DNA of 64,000 nt. Origin: Camelus dromedarius. Taxonomy: Eukaryota. Numbering within the stretch: the stretch's first letter is position 1; each line of letters starts with the position of its first letter. The notes under the pieces are model-generated. The model did no database searches. It had not been told where the DNA came from and saw only the letters and a program-made list of their open reading frames with translations. The translations under genes and the position numbers were made by a program. Positions 9,671 to 22,450 of this stretch are shown here, in pieces. The stretch is from assembly GCF_036321535.1 (NCBI RefSeq), contig NC_087437.1, positions 93,498,001-93,562,000 on the forward strand, read 5' to 3'.

Positions 9671-12600
9671 CCAATTTCCCCTCCTCCTTATCTCTCTCTT
9701 TCTCTTTCTTTAGTGTTTATTCTCTTAGTGTGCCGTTAAGGGTGTGAAAATGTCACGAGATTTGCTCCTTTTTTCGTGAGACTTAGTCTTCTGCTCAGGG
9801 AACAATGGTCCCATGCTCACAGTATGAATCTATTTTTGACTCATCTGAAGAAATCCATCCATCATCAGATCTCTTCTAATTTATTCTCATGACCAATTCC
9901 TTTTTGATTCTTGAGATGAATGCCCTTTTCTCCTGTTCTTTGCCCATTTACTCTTGCAAGAATATTCTCTATTCTCTTACAAGGCATTCCCCAACTTTCA
10001 AGAGATTTTCCCCCTTTCTCCTGACACCTAAGCCACTTATCTGGTGACCATAGTCCTGTCTCTCCCAAGAGGGACCTAGTACTTTCATGCAAAGTGCTCT
10101 GTTGATCTGCAGATTGTCTTTTCTATCATGCTCAAGACTAACCCCTATTTCTTCTTGGAGATGGTCCATTTTCTGAGGATAGTCTTTATTCATCCACTCT
10201 TTTGAGAATATCCCTGCATTTTCTCCCAACTCTACAAAGTCTTGCAAGATTTGCCCCATTTCGTTTGTTACATTAACTTCATGTCTACAGAATTATAAAA
10301 TAGTTTAATCAAAGACATTCAAAGGTACACATTCTGCAGTATCAGAAAACCCTAAAGAGTCCTCTAGACAACACCCAGCATTTCTTGAAAGAAGCTCTAG
10401 AAATCTTTTTATCCATTTTCTAGACTTCCCATTTTTCCTGACCATTTTTATATTCAAAATATTTCCTCAATTATCCATAATTATTAAATTAATAACACTT
10501 TTCACTTATAAAGTCAAATTTTTATTCTTGGAGCAAAAAAAGTGTTTCCTTCTGCTCTTTTTCAAAGGACACGCTATCCTTACACCTAGTTTCTTTCCTA
10601 GTTATTCCAGGCTAGACTGTCCAAATATCAAAAATGTGTCACATATTCCCTAAAGAACAACAATAATGAAAACTAATAAAAATCACTCAGATTCAGAAAT
10701 TTGCCGTTGGTGACCCTTCCATGAAGGAGAACAACTTTAAAAGGGATGACATTGACATGTTCTCAAACTCTAGAGAGAGGGAGGCATGGTTGCAAGAACA
10801 GGGATAAGGGCATGCTTTGAAGCAGGGAAACTCATTCAGATCCCTTTGAGAATTTTAACCCCACTTTAAGGATAAATGCAGTAACAGATAGTCATCAGAC
10901 TCATCATTGAAGACACATAAGTGTGCAAAATAAGCTATGGAAACTAAAGATTTCTTTGGTATCTGGGTTTTAATGGATGACAAAAAGAAGTAAAAAAAAA
11001 AAAAAACCAATTCCAATTCTGTATTTCTTAAAGACTGTCCCTGATTAATGCAATAGGCATTTGATTATTAAACCCGGTGTAAGAAAAGCAGCCACCTTTT
11101 AGGATGAAAGGAGGTTTTATTTTCTAGTGGTCACTTGACTGCTTAATTTCAGGTACCTCCTTCAGGCCGTACAAGTATGTGAATGTGTTTGCCAAGTTAT
11201 TGGTTGTCTTGAAATATATGGAACAGGTAAAATCAGAATAATACTAGGCTTCTCAAAATAATAGTGGATATATAATTAGGCTCCTTTACAAAGATATACA
11301 AATCCAGGACAGAAAGGGAAATTGTTATAAGACAAACTTTGGGTGGTTAGGTTTTCAGTTTGAACTTTCTAGTTCTAAACTAGAAAGGGTGCTACTGAGG
11401 ATGAAATATATTTAAATGCTGCCTGTAAGTAAAGTGGAATGAATTTAATGAGCTACAGAGAAGGCCAGTTTCTTTTCCAATTTTATTTAAAAGTTCATAA
11501 TTAAAAGGCTCTAGAAATAACAGGAGAAAAGAAGAAATTTAACTGTAAATAAATTAAAAATTGATTATTTGAGCCTATTATTGTAAATAATTTACATTCT
11601 GACCCCTGGTGTGATAATCTGTGTGTTAATACATCTTTTTATTGGTTCTACCAATTGAAGTATGTATTTAAGAATTTGGTCTTGTCACCTTTTTATGTCC
11701 AGTAGCTGAAAGGCAGGAATGGAATAACAGATGGTCCAGAGATGCTCCCCAAATCTTCTTATCCACTTAAAGTTGTGTCCATGCTGGAATTTTTATAATC
11801 TTAGGTGTAGGTTTAAGAAATGTGATATTCATTATCCCAATAATTGAATGACCAATGGATATTTTCACCTGATATAAAATTCCACCATCTTCTCTAAGGT
11901 TACTTAAGATAAACCAGACATCTGTTTAGTGGAACCAGAGTATGTAACATGGGGCACAGTCCAAACAGATTTCACGTCAGCCTGCATTTATCACTCAGCT
12001 TCTACTGGCTAACAAAGGATCCAAGGACTTTCTGAAAATCACCCAGGAACTAGACAAAAAAAAATCTGTTATCCAGACATTATTTAATTCATACTAACTG
12101 GCCCTCAGAGCAGCCACAAATATTGTCGTATGGCTGCTTGGATTTCCCTGGAAATAATATTTTTAAAAGCCCATAAACTCTTAATGACTGACTATAAAGC
12201 CGTAGAAAATCCCACTCCATTAGTTACAAAATGTGATTTTGAAGAATATTTTAAATAGAAATATTTTCCAGTTAATTACTTTAGGTGAAAAAGAAGACAT
12301 AATCCCAGAGTTGTGTATAGTGTGTATTTTCCCTCAATATGTGTAAATGCTTTACTAATTTCCCTCTTGTACTACTGATACATTTTAAAAATAATTTATG
12401 CCTTTGATTACTTTCCAAATTCAAAAAAAATAACAGTGTTTAAATTTTACAGTCAATAAACATATAAAATAGATGTCAATGAAAATTTAGCTCTCAGAAT
12501 ATGAAATTTAGGGCCTACAATGTTATTAACATACTTGATTTATTTAATGAATTAAATAGAACTACACCATTCAGCTAAAAATGAAAAGGAAATCCACTCG

Positions 12601-13134
12601 CCATTTATATGTTTACTGTATGCTTATGATAATTAAGTATTTCAGTCAACTTAGATTACATTGTCTTTGTAAAATAAAATCTGCTATGGACTTTCAAAAT
12701 AATACCGCTAAATAGCTTATGATTACTTGATCTGTACTGCTTAATAATGAAATACTCAGAAAAGCAAATGGTAGACAGATTGCTTAGTTCTCCACATCAT
12801 CATATTGGTTAGTAAAGCTCAAGGCAGCAATTTGTGTGTAAATGATCTGTGGGTTCTGACTGACCACAGCTCAATATTTTCGCAGAACTCTCTAAAATAC
12901 AGCACAGGCTTAGACAGCACCAATAACCATGCTGTATTCTAGTCATGATTAAGAATGTATTCACTATATGCTAAGCTAGCCAGAAATGCATTTTGCAAAT
13001 TGATTTCAATTTAAAATAATACATTTTAGAGGGAAAATGACATAATCAAAACAGAGAGCATCCATGGGAAGGAAGGAATATAGCACATAGTCTGGATTTT
13101 ACTTAACAGGAATAAATGCAATCCTGTATTTAGT

Positions 13135-13206
13135 ATGGAATCAGAAACTAGCAACCTGTGCATTAACAAGCCTACCTGGAGATTAGGAAGCATGCTAAAG
13201 TTTGGA
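13135..13206. mobile_element. MER5 fragment
   Basis: gaatcagaaact...ttaacaagcc...atgctaaagtttg. Confidence 0.55.
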
Positions 13207-13799
13207 TATAGAATATGATATAAGCTGATTTATAAATACTATATGGTCAACAAAATCACCTCAAATTCTTATAGTCAAATGTTCACTGTTTTTCTGTAGG
13301 TCGTCTTCTTTGTAATCATCTTGTACTATCATAGTCAGCATGCCCTAGTATCACTCAGTTATATATACTATCACCCAAAGACCATTGTGCTTTGAAGTAC
13401 CAATTGCTAAACTTTTCATAAGAATTTTGCTAGTTCCTAAGAGAAAGATGAAGGGACAGCAGCATTTTCTAGTTTCCAGGGGTTCCTTGATCCCCCAAAG
13501 CCCAACTGTACATTTCTAATTATGACCACTTCCTCTCAGTGCCGTTCAACTGGAACACTATTGACATTTGGAATGTAGCATTTCTCTGTCGTATGTGACT
13601 ACCCTTGCAGTGAAGGGAGATAAGGATGCTTACTTCAGTGTGCTCTCCAGGTATTGGGTCCTCTGAAAATCTCAGCAGATATTTAGAACTATTGCTCTTG
13701 GGCAGTTTCTGATTTTTTAAGGAACTGTGTTGTAATGGATGCCATCTGAAAGCAATTAAGATAAAATTATAGTACTTTTATATATTTACTTCCTCTTTT

Positions 13800-14190
13800 A
13801 CCAACTTTCTGCTACTAATCCAGATTTCATCACTTAGGACTCAGTACTACAGGCTCCTAGCTAGTTCATTCCAAGCTCTTTTGAGTTTTTCCTTTCTCAA
13901 GCAATCTTGGATACTCCTGCCAGACCACTACTAAATAGCAGTTTTATTAGGCAGCCAGTTCTAACACACCACTTCTGATTTCATCATTCATTCCTCCTGT
14001 TTGGATTCCATGTGCAGTTATTAACTGGTCATTTATACTCTTCACAAATTGAAATTAATCATTATTCAAAACCAACTCTTCACTCCAGCAGGTTTCTCAC
14101 TGTCTGAAAATACTCCTGACATTCCGACTCTGGGTCTATGCTCACATTCTCATTAACAGTGATGCCCTTTTCTCATCCTTCCCTGGTAAT
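13800..14190 (+). mobile_element. L2 fragment (degraded)
   Basis: gctactaatccaga...tactacaggctcctagctag...caatcttggatactcctgccaga pattern. Confidence 0.45.
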
Positions 14191-14598
14191 TACATATTAT
14201 GCATTAAAAAAAATCTAACTTAACCTTCATATTATAATGGGGACTTGTCTTACTTTTTTTTTTTTTTTTTACTCTTTTTGGTCTTCTGTTATTTGAACTT
14301 TTATAAAATTATTGTAGGGACCACATAATGTACAACTTTCTTATAGTACTGTTAGGGTACATACTTTCATAAATCATTGTTATTTAGACTTCTATTTTAA
14401 GTAAATTTGTATTTACAATCTACTATCCTATTTAGGATATCTAATGCAGAGAGTCTAGTTAGAGCACTTGTATCATAGCCAAATGATTTTTAACAGAAAA
14501 GACCAATGAGAGGGCTTGACAAATTTAGCCGTGAAAGAGGAGCAAGAGATTAGTCAAATCTATATTCAAAATTGGGTGACCTTAAGGATTGTTATGTC

Positions 14599-15109
14599 TG
14601 TATTTATTAATCAGGTTTCTCCATAGAAACAGAACCAATAGGAGATACTGATATAAATGCTATATTTAGATATAGATGTAGATGGCTGGATGGATAGATA
14701 GATAGACAGACAGATGACAGACAGACAGGTAGACAGATACATTTATTTTAGGGAATTGGCTTATGTGATAATAGAAGCTGAACAGTTCCAAGATTTATAA
14801 TCAATAAGCTGCAGACCAAATTTGAAGGCCTGAGATTTGCTGATGGTGAAAATTCCAACTCAAGGGCAGGAGAAGACTGATATCCCAGTTCAACAGCCAG
14901 GCAGGCCAAGATCCCTCTTAGTCATTTTATGTTATTCAGGCTTCCAGTTACCTGGGTGGGGCTCACCCACACTAGGGAGGGCAATCTGCTTTACTCAGTC
15001 TATTGATTCAAATGTTAGTCTCCTCTAGAAACCCCCACAGATAGGCTGAGACCAAATGCCAGGGCACATAATGGCTCAGTCAAGTTAACACATAAAATTA
15101 ACCATCACA
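14599..15109 (-). mobile_element. MLT2 (ERVL) solo LTR with internal (GATA/GACA)n
   Basis: ttctccatagaaacagaaccaatagga ... caagttaacacataaaattaaccatcaca; candidate 5-bp TSD atgtc/gtgtc. Confidence 0.92.
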
Positions 15110-15403
15110 GTGTCATTAACTAAAATAGTGAATTGAGGAGAAATCACAGCCCTTAAGAAGAAAATAGTAAGGCAAACTCAAGATGTTATGGACTATCCAT
15201 GTAGAATTTTATGGTAGACAATAGGAAAAACAACTTTGGACCTAAGTATTAAAAATGGTGGCATGGAGAACAGAAAAGAAGCATGGTAGTGGGTAGAGGG
15301 AGAGTGTTGACAAAAATAAGAAGAAAAAAATAGAAGAGTGATTAAAGAAATTATCACAGAATATGAAAACAAAGAGAAAAGTTACTCATTACAAAACATA
15401 ATA

Positions 15404-16057
15404 TAGTTGATTCTTGTTATTCACAGATTCTGTATTTGAAAACTCACCTACCCCTAAAATTTATTTGTAAACCCCAAATCAGTGCTTGAGGCATTTTCAC
15501 AATCATTTGTGGACATGTGACAACTGAGAAATTTGAGGTGCCCAAAGTGCACATTCCCAGCTGTGGTTGAACAAGGTGATGCCTTTGCCGTCCTCTTTCT
15601 GATCTCATAATGTAAACAAGTGTCATTAGTGTGGTCTATTTATAGTAGCATCTGAAAGAATATTTTTGTGCTTTTTGTTGGTGATTTCACTGTTTGAAAT
15701 GGTCCTCAAGAACAGTTTTGAGGCACTGTTTAGCGTTCCATAGCAGAAGACTGTAGTGTACCTTTTGAGGGAGGGGAAAATATGTATCTTAGATAAGTTT
15801 TGTTCAGGCATGAGTAATGGTGCTGTTGGCCATAAGTTCAATGTTAATGAATCAGTAACGTATATTAAATAAAAATGTCCTTGAAAACAGGTTATGTATT
15901 GAACATTTAACAAAAAAAAAAAAAAAAAAAAAGGTTTGGCCAGAGAATTTTAGGAACCTAGTACTGCATTTCTTTTAGGATCAATGGTTCAGCATTTGCT
16001 AATTTGGTGTTTGTGGCATCATAAAACATAACTACTGCAAATAACAAGAATTGATGG
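15404..16057 (-). mobile_element. MER82 (TcMar-Tigger MITE)
   Basis: TIRs tagttgattcttgttatt / aataacaagaattga, TA flanks, ~650 bp; internal A21 run at 15912-15932. Confidence 0.85.
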
Positions 16058-16574
16058 TATATGATATATCAGTTGACCCAGTGTTCTAGTGGTTTTAATG
16101 TTAATGAGAGGAAAATCTGATGACAAATATTAAACAGATAACTGTTAAAATTTGTATTTTATTCTGGGTTAAAATCAGTTAATTGATGAAGTCTTTTAAA
16201 TATTTTTAAAATGCCCTTATAAACATTTCTTAAATATGCTTTAAAATAAATTTGTTGGGAATATATTTTACTATCCATACTTATTTTGGGTTTAAAGTTA
16301 GCCCCTGCTGATTCGTTCCAATCCTATTATTATAGTTGCCTAATAGTGATAGAATTCTTGTCCCAATTCCTACTTGTGGATACTCCTCCCTGCATTTTTT
16401 TCTATAAAAGAAAGATGTTGCTAATGGGAATGCAGAATATCCAAAGATCACAACTTTAGTTTAAAATTTTACTTTACAGCTGGTTGGGTTTAAAGGATAT
16501 CATATATGTATATATACATGTTCATTCTTTTTATTTCATATTCATTCCTGGGTGCCCAGGGACTTCTTTTGCCA

Positions 16575-16755
16575 AGAGTTAACCAAGGTTTTGTGGTACT
16601 TGAAACTTATACTGTTTGTGGCCCCTCTTTGATAAAAATCAATTAATTAAAAATAATATTAGGTATATTACTATAGGGCCTTCGAAGAAACTGTTGTGTT
16701 GTGGGGATTCTGAGACTCAGACTTCACTCGTTTCACAGGAAGTTCTCTGCCTCTA
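16575..16755 (+). mobile_element. MER53 (hAT MITE)
   Basis: caaggttttgtgg...gaaacttatac...cccctcttt...agggcctt...cttcact...gcctct. Confidence 0.7.
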
Positions 16756-16850
16756 GCATCATCAGTGTTAGGTACCAGTCATACGTGAATCTGGGGGTTA
16801 ATAATGTTAAGCACAGGAGGAGGTGCTAAGCTATAATGGAAGTAACCTAA

Positions 16851-17305
16851 TGTATTAGCTTCCTAGGACAGAGAAGACAAATTACCACAAAACAGGGGTT
16901 TAAAACAATAGAAATTTACTCTCCCACGTTTCAAGAAACAAAAAGTCTTTAATCAAGGTACAGGCAGGGCTGGTTCTTTCTGGAGGCTCTGAAGGAGAAT
17001 CTGTTCCACACCTCATGTCTAGCTTCTGGTGATTGCCAGCTATCCTTGGCATTCTTTGGCTTGTAGATACATCACTCCAATTTCTGCTGTCATCATCCCA
17101 TGACCTTCCTCTCTTGTAAATCTCTAGGTGTCTTGTCCTCTCTTCTTCTTATAAAACAGCAGTTGGATTTAGGACCCACTTGAATCTAGTATGACCTTAT
17201 ATTAAGTAATTACCACTGTAAAGACCCTATTCTGTAAAGTCATATTCTGAGGTTCTGGATAGACCTGAGTTTGGAGGAAGTGAGGGTAGACACTAACTCA
17301 TCATA
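16851..17305 (-). mobile_element. MLT1C-like MaLR solo LTR
   Basis: tgtattagcttcctagg...aaattaccacaa...ttctggaggctctgaaggagaatctgttcca...tagcttctggtg. Confidence 0.9.
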
Positions 17306-19169
17306 TCTAGTCACCAGTAACTGTAATCATTGAGAGAACAACTAAGAAAGGACACATGTTGGAACTCTGGTAAAATGTGCAGGCATAATTCACTTGACCT
17401 GGGCAAGGTAGGATGCAAGTACAAGGTAAACATGTAAAGATTAAGAATACACTGTATTAATAACAATAATAATTCCATGCTGAGGCACCAGGTATAATCA
17501 ATGTCTGTGTTTCCTTTGGGAGTGGGGAGAGTTGATTATAAAAATTTGAGCTCAAGTACATCAACCTTTCCACACCTTATATCATATTATATAAATATAT
17601 AATAGAAGCTCTTTATATTCCAAGAGGGAGTCAGATATTATTTGAAAATTTAAGAGAAAATAAGTAATATAAACTGATGCTGAGGCAGTCTAAGGGGAAC
17701 ATAGAAATTTTGACATATATTTTTGGAGAAATTGAAAAGACTGTGGCTAAAGATGCTGCAGGAATGAGTCCTATTAAATATATAACACAGTTTGACTCTG
17801 TTTAAGAGTTCCAGTACTTTTAGTAGAATCTTTGAAAAAAAAGTATTTCCATGGAAAAAAGAAAAGTCTGAGTTTTTACTATTCTACTGAGTATCAGAAA
17901 TATTTTGCTGAAGTTTTACTCTCAGGAATCACAAAGAAATATTGTAAAAAGACTTCAAAATTAAAATTTGGATGATTTCAGCCAAATATATAATAAATGT
18001 ATTTTCCGCTTGGCTTGTGACTGCCAGTTAGTACCAGAAAGAACCAGACCAAGCTGTGGGCTAATGACTGTTCTTCTGGAATGAAATGACAGAAAAGGAA
18101 GGGAAGAAAAGTGACCTTCAGTCCAATATGTGAGTGTGTGTGTGCGCACAGGCGTGTGTGTATGTTTGACCTTTGATGTTCATAGGGTCACATAAACTTC
18201 CTGGAATGGTTTTTGAAGAGAAAAATAATGTTCATAGGACTTAGACATTTTGGTTAAAATAAATGAGTTTAGTTCGATTTAGTTCTGGCTTTATTTTCAA
18301 ATGTTCTGAGATTGCTGCAGTGGAATCAGAGCAAGAATTTCATGTGACACTTTGGAGATCTACATTTCACTTTGGCATGAACAAATACAAAACAGATTTG
18401 CTCCAGTGAATGGTGCCACTCCACGCTGCACTTCCTATTGTCTGTTCTGTTATTTTCTCTTGCTCCTGTTGTGGCAAGTAGTTTGCATGGCCAACTGCTT
18501 GAGTGGGCTACTTAAATTACTGATATGTGTTAAGCAGTTTTGTTGAGTAATAATGCCATTCCATTAACATGTCTCAGCATGCAAAACCCGGTCATTCAGG
18601 ACAAACAGTTTTGTTTGTAAATTATAATAAAACGTATCGTAGAGGCTAAAGCCGGGAAATGAACACTGCTGTTCATCCTATCACATCCTTCACCCACCCC
18701 CTCGATATTTATCAAAGAATCGTGTCATCCATTTCCCTCACAGCAGCCAAAAGCTCCTGGATATTGATAAACCAAAGGAGCTAAAAATGCCAGTGAAATG
18801 TGTATGTGTATATAAAACATTTTCATGATGTTTAGGCCCAAGTGTTTTTTTGGAAGGTTGATGGTCTGCTAGTGTCTCGTTAGTTACAGATATTAAGAGA
18901 ATTTGAGTTCAAAGTTCTAGAAGCAAAACTCAGTTTAAACAATGAACCTAAAAAGAGACTACTGTATAGTTTTCTCCTCTCTCTCTCTTTTAAATTAAGT
19001 AAAGCTTTGCTTTAAGGGATGTATCCTTTTAATGCAGAAAATATGAAGAATTATACTTCTTTTCAGTAAAACGAGTGCGTCCCAGCTTCAGGTTACATTT
19101 AGCTCCTAGTTAAAATTTGAAAAATGAAAGCCTAAATAAAATAGATGAAAGGTCCTTTACTATTCAGTT

Positions 19170-19171
<2 letters not shown>

Positions 19172-19217
<46 letters not shown>
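19172..19217 (+). repeat. (AC)23 perfect microsatellite
   Basis: Direct reading. Confidence 0.98.
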
Positions 19218-19220
<3 letters not shown>

Positions 19221-19928
19221 AGGGAAGCAGAGTTAAGTAGCATTCCCAGATTTTTTTTTTAAAGGGTACTTTGACTAAGAAATTTAAACAGGAGATTTTA
19301 AAAGGGAATCACAACAAATCTGAGATTGGTTTGAGATTTAGAAGCTGTGGATAATTAGAAAAGAATTCTACTGACTGGTGCTGTCTGTATCCTGCAACAC
19401 TATGTTGTACTTCCCGTCTGTCTGCCTGAAAGTGACGTGCCTGGTGTAATAGTTACCAGGCCCACGGCTGCATGTGGTAGACGGCCTCCCTGCTCTAAGA
19501 GAATGTAAAAGGACTGGGGAAACCCTTGCTTCACTCTGATTAATTACTAGGCATCATGCATGTATAAACAATATTGACGTTATGAGTCAAAGGAGAAAAT
19601 AAGAAAAATGCAGTATGTTCACTAGTAGTGTTCAAGACAGTGAGGGGGGTCAGGATGACTCAGTCTCGTCACCTTCATAACAGGTTTCAAGTGCAGAGTA
19701 CGATGTTATCTTCAGTTAGCTACACACTCAGTTGTATTTGGGGGGAAGGTGTTAAAATATGTGCATCTACAGCATACCTCAGTTTTCAATCTTGATTTTT
19801 CCTCCCCTATTGGGAGTCTAAAAAAATGTAGCTCTGTCATTGCTTTCAATTCATGAGAGTTGCTAATTCGTAGAGGGTAGAAGGGAACCTGCAGACAGTA
19901 CCTGGGGGTGAAATAGAAAAAACATGCA

Positions 19929-20470
19929 TGGAGGGTAGCAGAATGGACACTCCAAAATACGTGTCTTTGGATAATGATGTTTTTTGAGCTGATTATTTCA
20001 AGGAAGAACAGATGTAGGAGAAGCTCGGAAAACAGAATGGAAGTTATCCTCTTGTGGGGAGAATGGACAGTTATAGAGGAGACCTCCGTTTGTCAAGGCA
20101 TCTCCCGCTGTCTCCAGGAAGAGGACAGCTCTCAATCACAAGACCATCTGATCAGTGAAGAAGCCCCCGCATCAATCTGCATAACAAACTTTACCCTTAC
20201 CTTACTGTTCCTGTTAACCTCCGCATAACTGATAGCTGACCTCCCCCCACCTTTATTTCTTTTATGTTTAGCTGAGGATGGTATTTAAGCTTGTGGCTTA
20301 GGCTGTCTCAGAGAGTTACTGATTTTTCCTGGGGTATCTCCCTTGCAAACACGAAGCATACATGTTAATAAATTCCTGTATGTTTTTCTCTTGTTAATCT
20401 GTCTTTTAATATAGGGCTCTCAGCCAAGAATTCAGAAAGGTAGAGGCAAAATTATTTGTTCCCTCCCATA
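19929..20470 (+). mobile_element. MER34-family ERV1 solo LTR
   Basis: cagaatggacactccaaaata...ttttgagctg; TATA-like gtatttaagc (20281); AATAAA (20367); tttttctcttgttaatctgtctttt. Confidence 0.85.
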
Positions 20471-21289
20471 ATAACAAGGTCATACGGCAGGTAGAAGTCT
20501 CTTCTCAGAGGAAATGAATATAGAACTTACAAAAGACACTTCTTGTGCTCTATAAATATAAGGAGAGACACTTAACCTGTTAACGAAAATTTCAGAAAAG
20601 ATAAAGCTAGCAATATGCTGTATATTGGGGAAAATGGTCTATAAAGACACTGAACATGGATTTTTAAGGTCAAAAAGTGAAAGAAAAAAAAGATGGAGGG
20701 ATGGCTTACTACTTTAGATAAGTTTGGGAAGATTAAAGGATGATGGAGGAATTAAAACAACACATCCAATATTTTGTTAAGTCCTCCCTATAGGGTTCCT
20801 ATAGGGTGATATTCAGATGCAAAAAGGAAACCAAAATTAACAGGTAAGTTAAAACAATCATTAGCAGTTTCTTGCCATTTTAAATAATTTCAATTCTTCA
20901 AGACAAATTTAATAAAACTTAAGATATTGAAATAAACTGCTGATACAATTAAAGAGGTAAACTATATTGCTCAACTATAAGATTCAAGCATCTTAAAGGA
21001 CAAGTAGCATTAAATTCATTTGCCTTAAACTCTCTTTTTATAAATGAAAGAACTGACACATTGGGAATTTAGGTCCATGGACATAGTTGAGCCTACCAGG
21101 CAAATGCAAAACAGAATTAGAAGCTGTATCTCCTGACCATAAGCTCGCTGTTTTTAAGTGCAATATAACCTCTGAAAGATAAATCAAATGACCACCTTTG
21201 TCCAGAGCTCATCGTCCAAATTGGCTTGCTTTCTAATATTATAAGAAACTTCAGATTTAGCATCTGTGATGCCTCAGACCTGTACGAGT

Positions 21290-21430
21290 TGCTTTATATA
21301 CATTAGAACTAAGTTCATAAAAAGTCTGAAATAGAAATATTATTAACTTCATTTTATGACAAGAAAATGAGGCTTATAGTGATTAAATTTCTAGCCTTGT
21401 GTCACATAGTAGAAGAGTTGGGATTCTTCA
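21290..21430 (-). mobile_element. MIR fragment
   Basis: cattttatgacaagaaaatgaggctt...gtcacatag...ttgggatt. Confidence 0.55.
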
Positions 21431-21582
21431 TGTATAAAAATGGCATTCTGTTCATGCTTTCTAATAATATCCCATCACTTTACTCCATCTGAGAAATATA
21501 ATTCCTCTGTCAGTATGTCAACCAGCAATGCATGTGTGGGTTTTCCCATCAGCTTGTTTTCTTTTTAATGTATACTATAGAT

Positions 21583-21742
21583 CACTGCTTCTCTAAATTT
21601 ATTGTGCATTTGAATCTCCCAGGGATCTTATTAAAATTCAGATTTTGACTCAGGTGTGGCCTGAGAGTCTGCAATTTTAACACACAATTTTAACCTACTC
21701 CCAGCTGATGTGGCTGGTCACAGCCCATGCTTTAAATAGCTA
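21583..21742. mobile_element. MER5-family MITE
   Basis: gaatctcccagggatcttattaaaattcagatt...ggcctgagagtctgcaattttaac. Confidence 0.8.
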
Positions 21743-21749
21743 ATCATTA

Positions 21750-22030
21750 ATGGTGCTCTAACATCATGGCCTGTGGACCTGCAGTGGTCTACAAACTATT
21801 ACTCTTCTGCAATGACATAAGAAACTTGTACAAGGATGTAAATCAATGTCTATCTTCCTTCATGAAGAAGATTGTTAAGAAAAGAGTGACAAGTGAACTC
21901 AACAGTGTGCTTAACGACATGGTAGATTTACATCCGTCATAATCCAAGCACCTTACCTTATATGAGAGATGGGGTGAGTTCCAACCAACTCACTCACAGG
22001 CGACTTTCAGAAACACATATTTTGGGAGTT
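21750..22030. mobile_element. hAT-Charlie non-autonomous element
   Basis: gatgtaaatcaat...cttccttcat...gaactcaacagtgtgctta...gatttacat Charlie-type core. Confidence 0.6.
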
Positions 22031-22151
22031 GAGACGTGATGAGACTTTTGAATGTGGAGAAGAATAAAACACATTTTGCTTAAAAAAAGCAGAACCTGTA
22101 GAAATAGCAAAAGCTGTTCTGTGAAGAGTCATGAAGACTAGTTACCTGGAG

Positions 22152-22179
22152 AGGGTACCACCAAGGGTACCACCAAGGG
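22152..22179 (+). repeat. 12-bp tandem duplication (agggtaccacca)x2
   Basis: Direct reading. Confidence 0.9.
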
Positions 22180-22288
22180 AAGGGAAAAAAGAGTTTAGAA
22201 AAGGGTGGTTGGAAGTTAGGTAGACTTTTGCTATTAAATCAGTTTACTTTCCTGCTGTTCTTGCGTTAGAATCTAGAAGTGGTGGTGT

Positions 22289-22450
22289 CAGTAGTTCTCA
22301 AGTCAGACTGAACTTTAGAACCAACCGTGAGAGCTTTAAAAATGATCTCCATAGAGTCTGTGATTCAATAGTTATTCATTCAATTGCTTGATCATTAATA
22401 TGTAAAGCTTCTCAGGGGATCTTAATATATATCAAAGTTAAAAATATCGA
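22289..22450. mobile_element. MER5-family MITE (degraded)
   Basis: cagtagttctcaa...ttagaa...gagctttaaaaat...cttctcaggggatcttaat. Confidence 0.6.

Noticed and set aside
20794..20849. Plus-strand exon ending at CAG|GTAAGT
   Set aside because: Consensus donor but poor acceptor and no other support; isolated donors are expected by chance
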